Assembly: GCF_037042905.1 (NCBI RefSeq)
Contig: NC_087250.1
Coordinates: 11,348,001 to 11,412,000, forward strand
Reading direction: 5' to 3'
Length of the DNA: 64,000 bases
Source: Lytechinus pictus
Lineage: Eukaryota
In this document: positions 49,815 to 64,000 of the stretch, piece by piece
How positions within the stretch are numbered: position 1 is the stretch's first letter
Layout: every line of letters begins with the position of its first letter
Made by a program: the position numbers and the translations under genes
Notes under the pieces: model-generated
What the model was told of the DNA's origin: nothing
The model's database searches: none
What the model saw: the letters and a program-made list of their open reading frames with translations, nothing else

Positions 49815-52800
49815 GGCTCGGTGTAAAAATGGCAGAGGTAAAAATGGCAGAGGCAATAATGGCAGAGGTAAAAATGGCATAGGTAGAAATGGCAGAGGTA
49901 AAAATGGCAGATGTAAAAATATCAGAGGTAAAAATGGCAGAGGTAATAATGGCAGAGGTAAAAATGACAGGGGTAAAAATGGCAGAGGTAAAAATGGCAG
50001 AGGTAAAAATGGCAGAGGCAAAAATGGCAGAGGTAAAAATGGCAGAGGTAAAAATGGCATAGGTAGAAATGGCAGAGGTAAAAATGGCAGATGTAAAAAT
50101 AGCAGAGGTAAAAATGGCAGAGGTAATAATGGCAGAGGTAAAAATGACAGAGGTAAAAATGGCAGAGGTAAAAATGGCAGAGGTAAAAATGGCAGAGGCA
50201 AAAATGGCAGAGGTAAAAATGGCATAGGTAGAAATGGCAGAGGTAAAAATGGCAGATGTAAAAATAGCAGAGGTAAAAATGGCAGAGGTAATAATGGCAG
50301 AGGTAAAAATGACAGAGGTAAAAATGGCAGAGGTAAAAATGGCAGAGGTAAAAATGGCAGAGGCAAAAATGGCAGAAGTGAAAATGGCAGAGGTAATAAT
50401 TATGGCAGAGGTAAAAATGGCAGAGGTAAAAAAAATGGCAGAGGTAAAAATGGTAGAGGTAAAAATGACAGATGTAAAAATGGCTGAGGTAATAATGGCA
50501 GAGGTAAAATGGCAGGGGTTATACTGGGAGAGGTAAAAATGACAGCTCTAAGTAAAATATGGCCAGTCTTAAACCCCCATGCAATGAATTGTCAAAAAGC
50601 CAACGCATGTACATACATTAAATAAGAAGTGCATGTCACGGTTAGGCATTTCATCATCATTATGTCTTCATCGGCCTAACAATGCTATTTACGAATTCGT
50701 TGGAGGTGTACCGTTAACGCTTTTTAAAAAGAAATCAAACGACAGATTTTTTTTCATTCAATTTATCAGGAGCAAAATGAAACTGCACTATTCTCATTCA
50801 TCATTTCATAACATTCCTTTTTGTCTGGCTGGTTTCTTTATATCTATTTTTTTTTTTTACCTTGGTATTTTTTTTCTTATGCCTATTATTGCAATTGTTG
50901 TAAGTTGTTATATTTCTTCTATGCCCCCAGGAGGGGCCGTCAAAGAAATAAAATCATTGTCATTGTCATTGTCATTGTCATTGCCAGGTTTACCGATGCA
51001 AAAAGGAGGAAGAGTAGACATAAGAGAGATGGAGAGACAGAGTGGGTTACGGGGGCGGGGCATGGACGGAAATCTGTCCCGAAAGGTAGGGGGGACAACG
51101 GGCTGATCCAGCCTTGGGGGGGGGGGCAAAAACATTTTCAGCCATATGTTAATCCCCGATCGGCTGCTCGAAGGTAATTTTTGTCTGTTTCATTGAAGGA
51201 GTAGTCCTCATGGTCACTTTTTAGCTTTATTCTTATAAATCAACATAAATATATGATATCATTGTCCTTATTTGTATAATGCGAGCGCGAAGCGCGAGCA
51301 AAATTTTTTGGGAAAATTTATGTATTTTTTTCCTAAAATTTGAACATTTTGGGCAATGTTTGTTATCCTGAAAAAGATGTATATACAACTAAATATTTAC
51401 CACGACCGCGAAGTGCGAGCAGAGCTTAACTGATGGAAAAGGTACCTGTTAAAGACTGCTTGCAATTAGCCATGAGGACGTTACATATTCCAACAATCAA
51501 ATAATGCGAGCGCAAAGCGCGAGCTGAATTTTTTTGAAATTTTTACCTAAAGACTGGAAATTCTAAGCACTTTTTGTAACTTAAACATATAATAGGTATA
51601 TAACTAAACAATTGATGCGAACGCGAAGCGCGAGCGGAAAGTTTTGAGATTTAGACCTAAGAACGAGACACTCTATTCATGTTTTGTAAATCATGAAAAG
51701 GATGAGTAATTGGGGGTCTTTCTTACACCCGGTCCTTACATAAATAAAGCGAGTGCAAAATGCAGCCAGAAAATGTTCATATACGTTTAATTTGAATTGA
51801 TCGAAAAGGTACTTGTTAAGGACTGCTTGCACTTAGCCATGAAGACGTTACATATTTCAACAATCAATGCCAGCGCGAATCGCGAGCTGAAAATTTTTAA
51901 CATTTTTTCAAAAAGAATCGAAAATTTTGATAAATTTTTGTAATCGTGAACAGGGTAGCTATATAACTAAACAATTGATGTAAGCGAAGCGTGAGCAGAA
52001 AAATTCGAGATTTAGACCTAAAAAAACGGGACACTCATGTTTTGTAAATCATGAAAAGGATGAGTAATAGGGGATCTTTCTACATTAATAATGCGAGCAC
52101 AAAATTTTTGATATTGTAATCTGAAACTGGATGATATAAATAGAGAACAAATTGAATATCTGAATAAACATAAGCGTTTTTCAGATTTAGACCTAGAATC
52201 TCGGCATTTTACACATCTATCAGCGAGCGCGAAGCGCGAGCTTAAACTTTTTGATATTCTGATCTGAAAAAAAAAGAGTCAATTTCAGCTATATATTTCA
52301 TGCACTTCGTAGGAAAATTGTGAGGTGGATATGGATCACACTTAATATTTCATTATTATTTGAGTTTTGACATAGGACCGGGACATCCTTATAGGACAAG
52401 TCATATGAAAATGATGACTATCTTCCTATTCCTCTTACTAAGCGCGAGATGAAACAAAAGGGACAATTTAATCATTAAATTTATATCTTATTTATTAACG
52501 CATTTTGCGGGCGAGAAATCTGATGATATTATGGCCTGAAAACTGGACATTTCAAGCACTTTTGTAATTAGGAATAGAATGCATGAGTTAAAATATTTTT
52601 AACCATCAATGCTAGCGCAAATCGCGAGCCAAAATCTTTGATAAACTGTCATGAAATTAATATTGAAACATAAATCGCCAATCAAAATACAAGTAGCACT
52701 ATCTGCTACGTTTTGACAATCAGACTTGAAAAGGGATATTTTCAATCTAAATGGAATACACAAAAATAATAGGTACTGAATAAATCGAATTTGCGAGCGC

Positions 52801-54262
52801 TCAGTGCGAGTAGAAAATGCCAATATTCAGACTATAAAGCTGTAACTTTTATAGATCACTTTTTTTTTAAATCCGTTTGTAAATCACACAAAATAATGAA
52901 AGTTCGATTTCCGAGGTGAAATGTATAATAAATATTGACTTCCAAACATGATATTTAAGCTCCATATTGAAAAATCACCTAACAGGCAATGCGAGCGCGA
53001 AGCGCGAGCGAAAATTTTATATAGTGACATGAAAGATTCTTTCCAAGTTTTCCCTCATCTTATTTTATTCATTCTTGAAAATTTGACAAGCAAAATAAAC
53101 AAAGGTTTTCACCCAAAATGTAAGGTCATTTAGTCCAAAATACATGTATTATTTCGAATGTGAATGAAGCATTTTTCTCCATCATAAAAGACATTTGATA
53201 TTGTGTCCCCCCCTACTATTTTTGGTAGGGGGGACACGTCCCCCCTGTCCCCCCTGTCCCCCCTGGGATTTCCGCCCATGGGGCGGGAAACAACATAGAG
53301 AACATAGCGGGGAAAGCTTAGAATAGACGTTGAAATTGTCACGAATGATTGTGGTTAAATATTATGTCCTTATTTGTAATGTCGTCTGTACTATTCTTTT
53401 TAAATATTTAAATGACAATAAGCATGTGTTCCCAGGCTTGGCACTGAATATGTAACATATTATGAAAATCAATAATAATCCTGTTTTGAATGGTAAACCA
53501 ATGGGTCGATCGAGGGGGACCGTCTGGTTCAGATTCTTTGCATAAAAGAAGACCCTGAACCTTAACCACTGCATCCAATATGATATAAACGCCTTGATGG
53601 TCATAACCCTTGGAAGCGGAAGTACTGTTGGGTATTTTGTACACCATAAGCAGCACCCTCTTGGTAATTAGCTTGGTATGCTAAAATGTAGAGATTTGAT
53701 ACAAATCTCTGTTATTTTTCAAACAGAAAAAAAACATTGTTTATTATCTAATTGTTATTATTTTTGTTGTAATTCGTTTTCTGACCTAAAAGAACTTCAT
53801 TTAGTTGAAATATTTTTGTGTCATTTTCCCCCTTAACCAAATCCCCTTTCATTTTGGATTGAAAACTTTTTTTCTCGGCTTTTTAACAAACCGGCACCCC
53901 ATCTTTTAATAACTTTTCAAAAGTAAGTGGTGCTCACTCAAGCGGAAATATTTTTCGACAGTTATATCGTCATTTGCTTAAATGTATCTGTACCAATGTT
54001 AAAATGTGGAAAAATCTTCAGGATTTTACATGCGGGGGCTTTTTGACAATTCATTGCATGGGGGTTTAAGACTGGCCATATTTTACCTAGAGCTGTCATT
54101 TTTACCTCTCCCATTATAACCCCTGCCATTTTACCTCTGCCATTATTACCTCTGCCATTATTACCTCTGCCATTTTTATTTCTGCCATTTTTACCTCTGC
54201 CATTTTCACCTCTGCCATGTTTACCTCTGCCATTATTACCTCTGCCATTTTTACCTGGCACC
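49815..54262. mobile_element. 4.4-kb foldback-type element with long inverted arms of (GGCAGAGGTAAAAAT)n
   Basis: Arms at 49815-50600 and about 54035-54262 are reverse complements, including unique sequence beyond the minisatellite; 8-bp TSD AGAACAAC/AAAACAAC. Confidence 0.8.
51061..53280. mobile_element. hAT-like non-autonomous element with internal GCGAGCGCGAAGCGCGAGC repeats
   Basis: Ends CATGG(A/G)CGGAAATC; TSD GGGCGGGG/GGGCGGGA; the interior is homologous to 21330-21950 and 39620-40700. Confidence 0.8.
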
Positions 54263-55713
54263 AAAACAACTTCCCCCTCATTTTCTGTTCACCACTGTAC
54301 AAACGAAATATTTTCTCTCCTGAAAATGAAACTTCAGTTCCCAATTTTTTAAGACGAATTACGCAATTAATGTCATTTAGGCACAGTGCAGGCGATTCAC
54401 GGATATAACGGGGTTGGTTCGTCTTACCCCCTCACTTTTATACATCGGGGCCTTGGTATTTGATTTGCGTCTGACAAAACTCAATCACACAAAGTCAAAA
54501 ACTAAAGATTGCTATCTACAAGGCAATAAAATAATCATATCATTAAAGGTTACTCCGGGCTGTAAGTAATTATTTATAAATAGCGTAAAAGTCACCAGGG
54601 AAAATGGTGGCAATTCATCATAATCTGATAACAAAATGACTTATAACGGAGTGATTGAATTTTAATGTTAATCATTTTTTCTTAAAACGGTTATAATGCA
54701 CGTTATCATAAATATCCATTAATAAGGGTGGCCAAAAAATAGAAACGGGTGGATTCAGCTACTGAACACAAATCCGACAATCATTTTGACCTACGGTATG
54801 GTTTTATATTGGTTCCATTTCAATGGCGGGAAAATGGCTTTTCGGCATTTTTTTTTTTACATCAAACGGCATAAAAGGGGTGTTTAATATGTTTTATATA
54901 TATTTTTTTTTTCAAGGGTGCCGAGTTCAAATATTAGCATATCTAAGAGGTTATAAGCATTGTTATGGTAATATACTTGAAAAAGTAGATTTTTCACACG
55001 ATTATGCAAAAATACACACTTTGAATCTGTAGAATGAATGTACTGATAATTATTTACTTTTCATTAGTTATGCAAAAAATATTAATTAATTGCTTATCCA
55101 AAAACGGCTACATTATCATCTGACATTGTACTTATAATGCAATATGTATTCACTTTCTCCTTTAGGAGAAATGAAATCGTTAAAAGCCAAGTAGTAATAT
55201 AATGTAAATAATGAAACAATGAAATAATGAAAAGTTAAATTAGAAAAGAACTTAAATTTTTAAACTTTTTTAAACTTTTGTACAGAATTTTTACCTTTAT
55301 CATAGCCCCAAAACACACAGTACATTATCATGATTATGCTCTATACTTATCTTTCAAAAGATATTTTTACAGATATCACTCTATATTAGTATCTCTGTCT
55401 TCAGAAGGCAGGGGTAGCAGGGAGGTCAGTTGTAACAAAAAGGTGCAAAGGCAGTATATCGTATTGTTTTGTTTTTTAAAGATTGATTTTGTATTGACTT
55501 ATGTAATTGATTTGTATTTATGTATCTTTGGTTTGTATGGTGAAAAAATGGATAAAGAAATGAAATAGACCAAATTAGTTCGATTAAAATTCAATTGCAC
55601 AAACAACTCCTTACAGAGGAGTTTTATGGACACATAATACGCAAAATTATCGACCCTCTGAAATACATTTTGCGAATCTTGACGTCAGTTCTTAGAATCC
55701 GTATTCCCCTATA

Positions 55714-56909
55714 CAGTGGCGTACCGTGGGTCACGGCATTGGGGGGGGGCACCAGCAAAAAAATTGCGTCACTTAGTGAGCGCGCGAAGCGCGCCCAGTT
55801 GCCAGGTATACTGGCCTAATAGAGACATTTTAAGGACAGTGCCATTAAACGGATATGTATCTCACTGGTCACATAATGCGAGCGCGAAGCGCAAGCTTAA
55901 GATTTTTGATATTCAGACCTAAAAAGGGACATTATAATCAATCTTTTGTAATCATGATACGTACCTGTCTCGCTAAATAATGCGAGCGCAAAGCGCGAGC
56001 TGAAATTTTTGTAAATATTGACCCCAAAACAGGAAGATTTTAAGGACTATATTTTAGGAATTCATTAAGAGTATACACATCTCATCATAGTCATCTAATG
56101 CAAAGTGCTAATTAGCGCTTGCTGATTTTGTTAGAATTACATCTAAACATGCACATAAAGCACTTGTAATCATGATTAACATACCCATCTCACTAATCAA
56201 ATCTTGCGAGCGCGAAGCGCGAGCTGAAATTTAGGAAATTCAGACCTGAAGAGGGGCATTTTAAGGCTTGTTTGTAGGAATTCACGAAGACCATACGTAG
56301 TTCACTAACCAAGTGATGCGAGCGCGAAGCGCGAGCTGAAAATTTTTGATATTCAGATCAGAAAAAGGGACATCTTAAGGACTGATTCTAGGAATTCATG
56401 GAGAGCAGACACATTTCACCAATTCACTACTGCGAACGTATGCACGGACATGAAATGTTTTATATTAAGACCTTAAAATGGGGCAATCACTTTAAGTAGT
56501 CATGAAAAAGAAGCATACTATTGTACAAAAAACTATGATAACTCGAAGTGCGAGGAAATATATTTGGCAGTTTGGTGTATATTGACTTGAAAACGGGAGG
56601 TTTTAGTATAACAGGATTATATATCTCGATAAACAGACAATGCGAGCACCAGGAACAATGACGACATAGGCCCTGAGCAAATTATGCTTCATAAAGTTAT
56701 GAAAAAAATGTTTCTTATGTAATATAACATATCATAATTATGATATTATATAACATTATAGAATGAACAATAATGTCTTCTTTTCCACTACGTTTCTCTT
56801 CCTTTCTCCCTCTTTTTCTCCTTTTCCCCGTTTTTTTTTTTTTTTTGGTCAGCCGATTGGGGGGGGGGCACGTGCCCCCCATGCCCCCCCCCCCGTAGTT
56901 ACGCCACTG
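55714..56909. mobile_element. hAT-like MITE (CAGTGGCGTA ends)
   Basis: TIR CAGTGGCGTA; perfect 8-bp TSD CCCCTATA at 55706 and 56910. Confidence 0.9.
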
Positions 56910-58576
56910 CCCCTATACCATGTATACAGCTAATATGTATCATTCTCGTAAGGGGGAGGGAACGAACCAGGTCCGCACCAGGCCCGCGTTAAAAATAGTC
57001 CAAACCCACAATAAAAATTGCGTTCAGAGCTGCGCTTCTTTTACGATCATACATTAAAAAACTTGGGCACGCGGTCTGATAAAAGCAGCACCGAAATAGC
57101 ACTGATTATAGCACTGATTATTTCATCCGCGCCATTCATATTACTCAACTGAGCCGGGACTGTATCAGCGAGATACTAAAAGCGGTAGTTTACTTGAATG
57201 CGCGCCGTAGAGCTATTGCGGCAACAACAGAGGGCAAAGTACAGGTGTAAGTTGGGTCGATGAGTTGATCTCTCACTGTCTTTTTAACAATTTCTTGTCT
57301 CGCTCAAATAATATCAAAATCATTTAATCTAATTTTATTCAACACTTTGGCATCAGCATAATTCAGAATCACAACGATGGATAAATAACGAGCCGGTACC
57401 TGCACAATTAACATTATGTCTTGTACATTAAGCATGTGGTTAACGTACATTCTAACATAACATAATAAAAAAAAATTAGTTGGGTGATGAAAATTAACTA
57501 TAATTTTAAAAATACATAAATTTAGCATATTTTTTGTCACAAATCAAGTCATTATAAGCACTCGACTCTTTTGACTTCTAAACATTACAAGGTAAACTTA
57601 AAAACATCTATCCATAGCGTTTAGATTAATATGCATAATATGCATGGAGAAGTAATTATTTAAAAAATTGTGAATTGATTAATGAAATACATTTGTAACC
57701 TGCCAATTCCCAACCAACAATGAGTTGTCCCGAATGTGTTAGGGTTTTTTTTTAAGATTTATATTGACCATTCGGATCGGATGCACACTAAATTCGGAGA
57801 AAGCTTCAAACATTGCAGGAGAGAACAAGTTATGACGTTTGGGGGTTCATTGAAGAATAAGATGAAGCTTCCAAGCAATCCGGAAGTAGAGGTGTAAAAG
57901 AAACACTTTGTCTTCACTTTATCTGAAACTTTACTATTTGAAAATTTTGACAATTGAAAGAAAAAGAAATACTCTTCCAGATAGAACTAGATTGCTTACT
58001 TTAATTTTTCGAAGCCATTTCGGTTATTTCCAAGGAGCCTTTCACGTGACTGATTGTTGGTTTTTGGAATGGCTTGTCACATTTGCTACTGCATGCATTA
58101 CCATGTCCTGCATGATGTACATGTACATGATATACGACTCACAAATAAACGTAGTGCAATCATAAATTATGTACAAAATACTAGCTTCTGTGAGAAGATA
58201 TCGATAAAGAAATGCTATATTGAAGCATTCATAAGTAATAAGTCCATACATTAATTTGATTCGCCTTAATTGATATGATTAAGCATATTGCTTACCTTCA
58301 AATCGTGGTTCTTAACAATCTAAAATGGCGACAGAAGAAACTTCCTTGTTCGGGATCACATGCACAAATCATGAAAAAAAAATTCTTCAATACAATGCAA
58401 GCATTTATACACACTGGCAATAATACATGTAATATGCGCTTTCGAAAACCCACCCGTGTGTCGCTTCAACGGGTTCGAGTTCAAGGTTTTAATGCAAGCA
58501 GAATCCCTGGTGTTATTTTTGATTCCCGCATATCCATGTCGTACGATATCTCTTATATATGTAGCACAGATACTTA

Positions 58577-58993
58577 AAGGCCACCGCACACCTTGCGACT
58601 GTTCGCGATCCGATTTTGGAACAAATCGCATTTTGCTCATTTTCTGAAGATGTGAATGGAACATATCATTTCATTTGAGGTTAGAATTAATTGAAATAAT
58701 AATATTATAACCATTTTGAAAGATTGCAAGCCCTAATTATGGAGTAAAGGCCAAATTAGTTTCAAATCGTAGCCAATCGTACGATTGCTATGACGTCATT
58801 ACGACTAGATATTAAATTTGCTTTTATTCTAAGAAGGATTATAGCATAGTCACAGATTTGAACATAGGTATTCGTAAGATGATTTTGAACATTAGACAGT
58901 AAGATATTCCAAGTCTCAATATTAGCATCAAATTCTACTACATTTTATTCTAAAATCGGGTCGCAGACCAGTCGTAAGGTGTGCGGTCGCCTT
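58577..58993. mobile_element. MITE, possibly Harbinger- or Kolobok-type
   Basis: TIR AAGGC(C/G)ACCGCACACCTT(G/A)CGACTG flanked by TA-rich target. Confidence 0.75.
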
Positions 58994-59215
58994 TATATTT
59001 AATACAGATTTCTATATCGAATGGTTCATTGATCATTCTGTCTGTCACAATGTGGTTCGTTCATTTTTATCTAGCATCGATTATATTTGCAATGGATTTC
59101 GTTCTTAAATCCCCTCTAATCAATTTATTCTCATATTCAACGACTACAAGATTGAGCAACACGATTGGGGTTTTTCGAGATCAACCTTCCCAGCCACTCT
59201 CTTCAATTAATTTAA

Positions 59216-60729
59216 GGACGTTCCACAGTTAATTTGAAATCCATGTACTTTCACCAAAATCTGCATATAATATACTTTAGCTTTTGAATATTCCACTTAA
59301 CACGGGTCCAAGTGCTTGATGTTTTGATATAGATCTTCAAAGTTCACCCAAATGGATGTTCCTAAAGATTGCGCATTTATTTGGCATTTTAGACCTCACG
59401 AGATCACTTCAGCAATGAGTTTAAACCAAAAATACATGAAAATTTCATTAAATTTCGCAATATATAGAGTTAACAATTGTATCCTTAAGATAGAGAATAT
59501 ATTTATATTGCTATGTGTTTGCTCTTTTCAGTCTAACAGCACTGTCAGTCCTTACAAATGGTGTGAAAGTTAACTAACACTAAATCTTAAAATGTGAAAT
59601 TTCATTAACAAACTCGAGAAGTACAATAAATGCTGCACTTTATTCAAAACCCATGTCATTTTCACCTAACATTGCGAAGTTGTAGAGGAAGATACACTTA
59701 AGAGGTGCAAAGTGCAAACATTAAGAAAATAGGGGTTCATGTGCTTGTTTTCAAACTTTCAGCACTTTGCTGGTGTTTGAAAAAAGAATGTGCTTTTTAA
59801 AACACAAATGATCAATGGCCATGATCATGTGAATTAAGACGTGTGCAAAACAATCAATTATACCTGATTACCCTTATGTCTATGTTTCATGTACTGGATC
59901 TTTCTAAGTTATGATGCCAATTCAACAAATACCCCCAATTCTGGCAAAGTTCATTGACCTTAAATAACCTTTGATATTCGTCATGTGACCTGAATCACGC
60001 ATAGGATATTTAGTGATATATGGTTGCCCTATGTGTCCAAGTTTCATGAACTAGACAAATATACTTTCAAAGTTATGATGACAATTCCACAAATACCCCC
60101 AACGTCACTTAAGTTCGTTGACCCTAAGACCTTTGACCTTCGTCATGTGACCTGAATCTTGCACAGGATGTTCAGGCATATTTGATTGCTCTTTTGTCCA
60201 AGTTTCTTGAACTAGATTCATAAAATTTGTAAGTTATAACAATTCGAAAATACCCCTAACATAGCCTAAGTTGACTCTAAGTGACCTTTTAACCTTGGTC
60301 ATGTGACCTGAAACTCAAGCATGATCTTAAGTGATACACCATCAACCTTATGTCTACGTTTCATAAATTAGGTCTAAATACTTTCTTAGTTAAGACGATA
60401 TTTAGTTTTACCAATTAAAAGACTTTCTTTTACTTTGGTAAACACTTTCTTATATATCTTGAAAATTGTATGAAGTTTGATGCGGTATCCACTGAGTAAA
60501 GATGATTTAAACTCATTTGGTGAATTCGTGAGGTGTATAAGAGAGGCATAATTCTCTTGATTGTGCAAGATTGCATAATTCAAATACGGCTATTTTGAAT
60601 ACCCGTATAAAAAAATAAGCACATGAACCTATATTATTTTTTGCATTTTCATAATGCATAGATACCAAAGTAACTCTCTGCAAAATTTGTTGAAAATGGC
60701 ATGGACTTCATTTTAACTGTGGAACGTCC
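59216..60729. mobile_element. TTAA-flanked non-autonomous element carrying the 130-bp minisatellite
   Basis: TIR GGACGTTCCACAGTTAA at both ends with TTAA flanks. Confidence 0.85.
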
Positions 60730-60886
60730 TTAAGAGGCTTCCTTTGAAACAGATAATTGCGTTCAAATTACTTTTAATCGTCTACAAAACACTGAATAAA
60801 CAGGCTGGTCGACTCTCTACACATCAATTAGAGTACTTGGGTCAGCCAGCGACCCTCTTCGTCTCACACGTACATTCATTATATAA

Positions 60887-62167
60887 AGGGGAATCCAGCC
60901 TTGGTCATAAAATGTTGTGTTGGAATGGAGAAAAATAAATAAGACAGAATGGGGAAAGTTTGAAAGAAATCGGACAAGCAATAAGTTATGGCTGTTTTAA
61001 AATTGAGGTCCATGCTAAGACTATGTAGATTCCAATTGGCAACTGCATGTGTAAGTAAATTATGGCAAGGGGCAAGGACAACTTTCCCATAGGCCATGTG
61101 CTTATTACCCGGGGGGCCACTTACATTGACGAGTGGATACCATGCGCGACCAAAAAAACACGTAAAACGGATGTCTTTTTCAAGATAGGGCACGTTACGT
61201 ACGTAACGTGATAAGGGTGTCAAAAACACAAAAATATTGAAAAAAGGGTATCTATTTCGCTAGGAAAAATATACGTGTTTAGGGTCAAATGTGCGGGGAT
61301 GATAAAACAAAATCAAAATGTTTTATAAAGGATGTCCTTTTTGCCCCAACACTACGTGTTTAGAGTCCGATTTGCGCGAGGTGTGGAAGGTGGGGCCGTA
61401 CTAAACCAAAATAATGGTGTCTAAAGGTAAAACCGACGACCGACGGACGCGTGACATAACAATAAAATACCTCTGTACTTGTTAAGGGGTTCATTTCAGG
61501 GAATACTTGCTAAGAGTATCGTTTTGTTTCCAATTCTTGTTAAGGGGTGCATTTTCAGAATATGGAAAATACATCGCTGTACTTGTTTAGGGGCTCAGTT
61601 CTGGGAATACTTGCCAATAGTATGTGTTTCCAATACTTGTTAAGGTACCGTAGGGTTTCACACGCCAATACTTGTTAAGGGGTGCATTTTCAGAATATGG
61701 AAAATACGTGTTTAGGGTGCTTTTCAAGACCCCGTGGTCGCGCATGGTATCCACTCGTCAATGGAAGTGCCCCCCCCCCCCGGGGGCTTATTATCAAGGA
61801 TTTGTGGTTTTCTCCTAAGTACCTTTTCCCCTGGGGCAGTAATCTAAATATAACCCAGGTAGTATATTGTTTTATGTCCTCATGAAAGAGAAATATAATT
61901 TGAAGTAAAACTTTTGAATAAAATCACATTTTGGCCGTTTTATGTGTTGGAGTACATGGAAAAGCAGTCCTTGCCTTACATCACTGTGACATGACATATG
62001 CAGCCAATCTGAAGTCTTCATGGGTATAGTGATTACCAATATTTACAAATTTTAAAATTCATAACTTTTTTTTTTTTTGCCCAATATTGTTCACACTTTC
62101 ACCTATCAACTTGTCTGATTTTTCTTTTTCCTCTAGAAACAAGTTTATATTTGGGTTGGATTCCCAT
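60887..62167. mobile_element. Kolobok-like MITE with a nested MITE
   Basis: Ends AGGGGAATCCA / TGGATTCCCAT-TTAA; homologous to 33122-34250. Confidence 0.75.
61108..61785. mobile_element. MITE with ~45-bp TIR (CCCGGG...CACTT.CATTGACGAGTGGATACCATGCGCGACC)
   Basis: Long TIRs; TSD GCTTATTA on both sides. Confidence 0.9.
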
Positions 62168-64000
62168 TTAACTCGTAGATTTGCCGGTGATAGAACTAAT
62201 ATACTAGTGTCAGCTTCAAAATACTTGAATGATTTACCACTAAGATAGTCTCTATTACTAGCAATGTTTAGAAAGGCAATCAAAATCCCCATCTCTTTCG
62301 TAGTTTTTAGTTACAGCATTATGATTCCTTTTGATTATTTCATTGTAAGCGCTTTGGGTTTTATAGGAATAAGCACACTGAATAATGATAGTAATTAGTA
62401 ATAATGATAGTAATGATAATAATGATAATGATGATGATAATTTAAAAAGTAAAAAAATTTCATAGTTTAGGTTTCTTCTTCCTTTTCACGAAATGAGCAT
62501 TATTGGCGAGAAAAGAAACAGTTGATAGTTGTGTATATTATATTGTGTAAAATTTTATACTGACGTCGACTGAAATCGATCAGCCATACATCTGGAATTA
62601 CTTTACAAAAAAATGTTCCAAATGTGAGTGAAAAGGCGGAATAATGCAATAATGACGCGTTGGATGTTTTCATGAAATCGAGGAAAAATACTTTAAAGAT
62701 CATGTTGCTAACATTACAAATACTCGTCATAATCTTGGAATTCGTTTTCATTTTTATATCGAAATCCTTGCATCTATTGCAATGCAATTAAAATTTACGA
62801 AGTGTAATCTGAGAAATTATATCATTCCTCTAGGGCTATTTAAGATAACTGTGCTATCTTTTCGGGGGTTCATAAAACATATAACAATTATTTAAGAGTG
62901 ATATTGTCTTTAAAAAAAATATGTATATACATTTTTTCTAGATCAATTTACATCCTAAGACTTACTACATATTATTTTTAAGAAAAAGGAAAATAATTCA
63001 TAATCAATTATATTTGCTATTTTTAAATACCCCTGTTAAAAATTTTGAACGCGGGTGACCTATATATTTTTAAGTTCGCTAAAGGTGTTTGTATAAAACA
63101 TATTTTCTTGCCAGGTCATATCTAAATAGTGTTCATTTTTAAAAAAGTTATATAAGGCGATCACTGATGAAAGTTTCACATCAATAGAAAGATTTGAACC
63201 CTTACAATAGCATCTAACTTCGTGCAAACAGATAACCTTAAAACTATCAACTTAAACCAATGAAACTTATAAGCGGCGAATGCAGCTTTTGCCAATAAGG
63301 GGGGGGGGCAAAAGTATTTTCTTCAAAATGTTCCCCGCACGGCCTCTTAATTTTAACGCGTAGTCCTAACAGTTACTACTTAGAGAGTAATAATGAACCC
63401 TAAGGCCCATGTTCTTAAAAACAATATATTTCTATCTCAATAGCCATAATTGTAACGATGCGAGCGCGACGCAAGAGCTATTTTTTTTATTTAAGTATTT
63501 TATCCTAAAATTGAATAGTCTGAGCAACGGTTTGTGATCATAAACAAGAGGCGTATATACGTACTGTGAGTGGAAAGCGCAAGCTGATATTTTCAATATG
63601 CTGGCCTGATCGAAAATGGAACTGTTAAAGGGGTACTCCAGGCTGAATATATTTATATCTTATTAAATAAATTCAAATCTACCGAGCGAAATGCTGAAAA
63701 ATTCATCAAAATCTAATATAATGCTGAAAATTCATCAAAATCTAACAAATAACGAAGTTATTGAATTTTAAGGTTTATGAATATTTTGTGAAAACAGTTA
63801 TATGCACATCATCATGAATATCTATTAGGTGGGGTAACGTCACATCAATACTTTCCCTTTTGTGTTATTGAATGAAATATTATTACTTCATATTTTCATA
63901 CATGCGTGTCTGATGTCTCCTTTATATTAAAATAAGTTATACCAATGTATATTTAATGCATGCATTAAATCGGTTGTCAATCTAATTTAGTGAGTTCTTG

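Noticed and set aside
49797..50536. LPFLP / MAEVK repeat proteins
   Set aside because: These are translations of a 15-bp minisatellite in a transposon arm.
54382..54388. Other CACAGTG heptamers (also in the SINE near 43209)
   Set aside because: They are isolated, with no partner end, TSD or spaced nonamer.

Overview
AT-rich animal genomic DNA, almost entirely nested transposons and tandem repeats. The repeat styles suggest an echinoid or other marine invertebrate deuterostome (inference). No intact host gene was found. In order: a ~378-bp satellite is split by a minus-strand Ty3/Gypsy element (tRNA-Leu PBS, GGGAAAC -1 frameshift site). That element carries a 5'-truncated Penelope with a hammerhead motif and a near-full-length L2/CR1-group LINE whose ORF begins with a signal-peptide-like leader and a 2A (DIEINPGP) motif. 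Next come a Gmr1-type Gypsy (INT before RT), a 946-bp dimeric higher-order repeat, many MITEs, decayed CR1/L2 LINEs and an L1/Tx1 LINE carrying a tRNA-SINE. The most striking object, nested in the L1 3' UTR, is a 1.94-kb internally deleted Transib element. It has a perfect 5-bp TSD, and its two ends read as V(D)J-type signals: CACAGTG-12bp-GCAAAAGCA and CACAGTG-23bp-CCAAAACCC.
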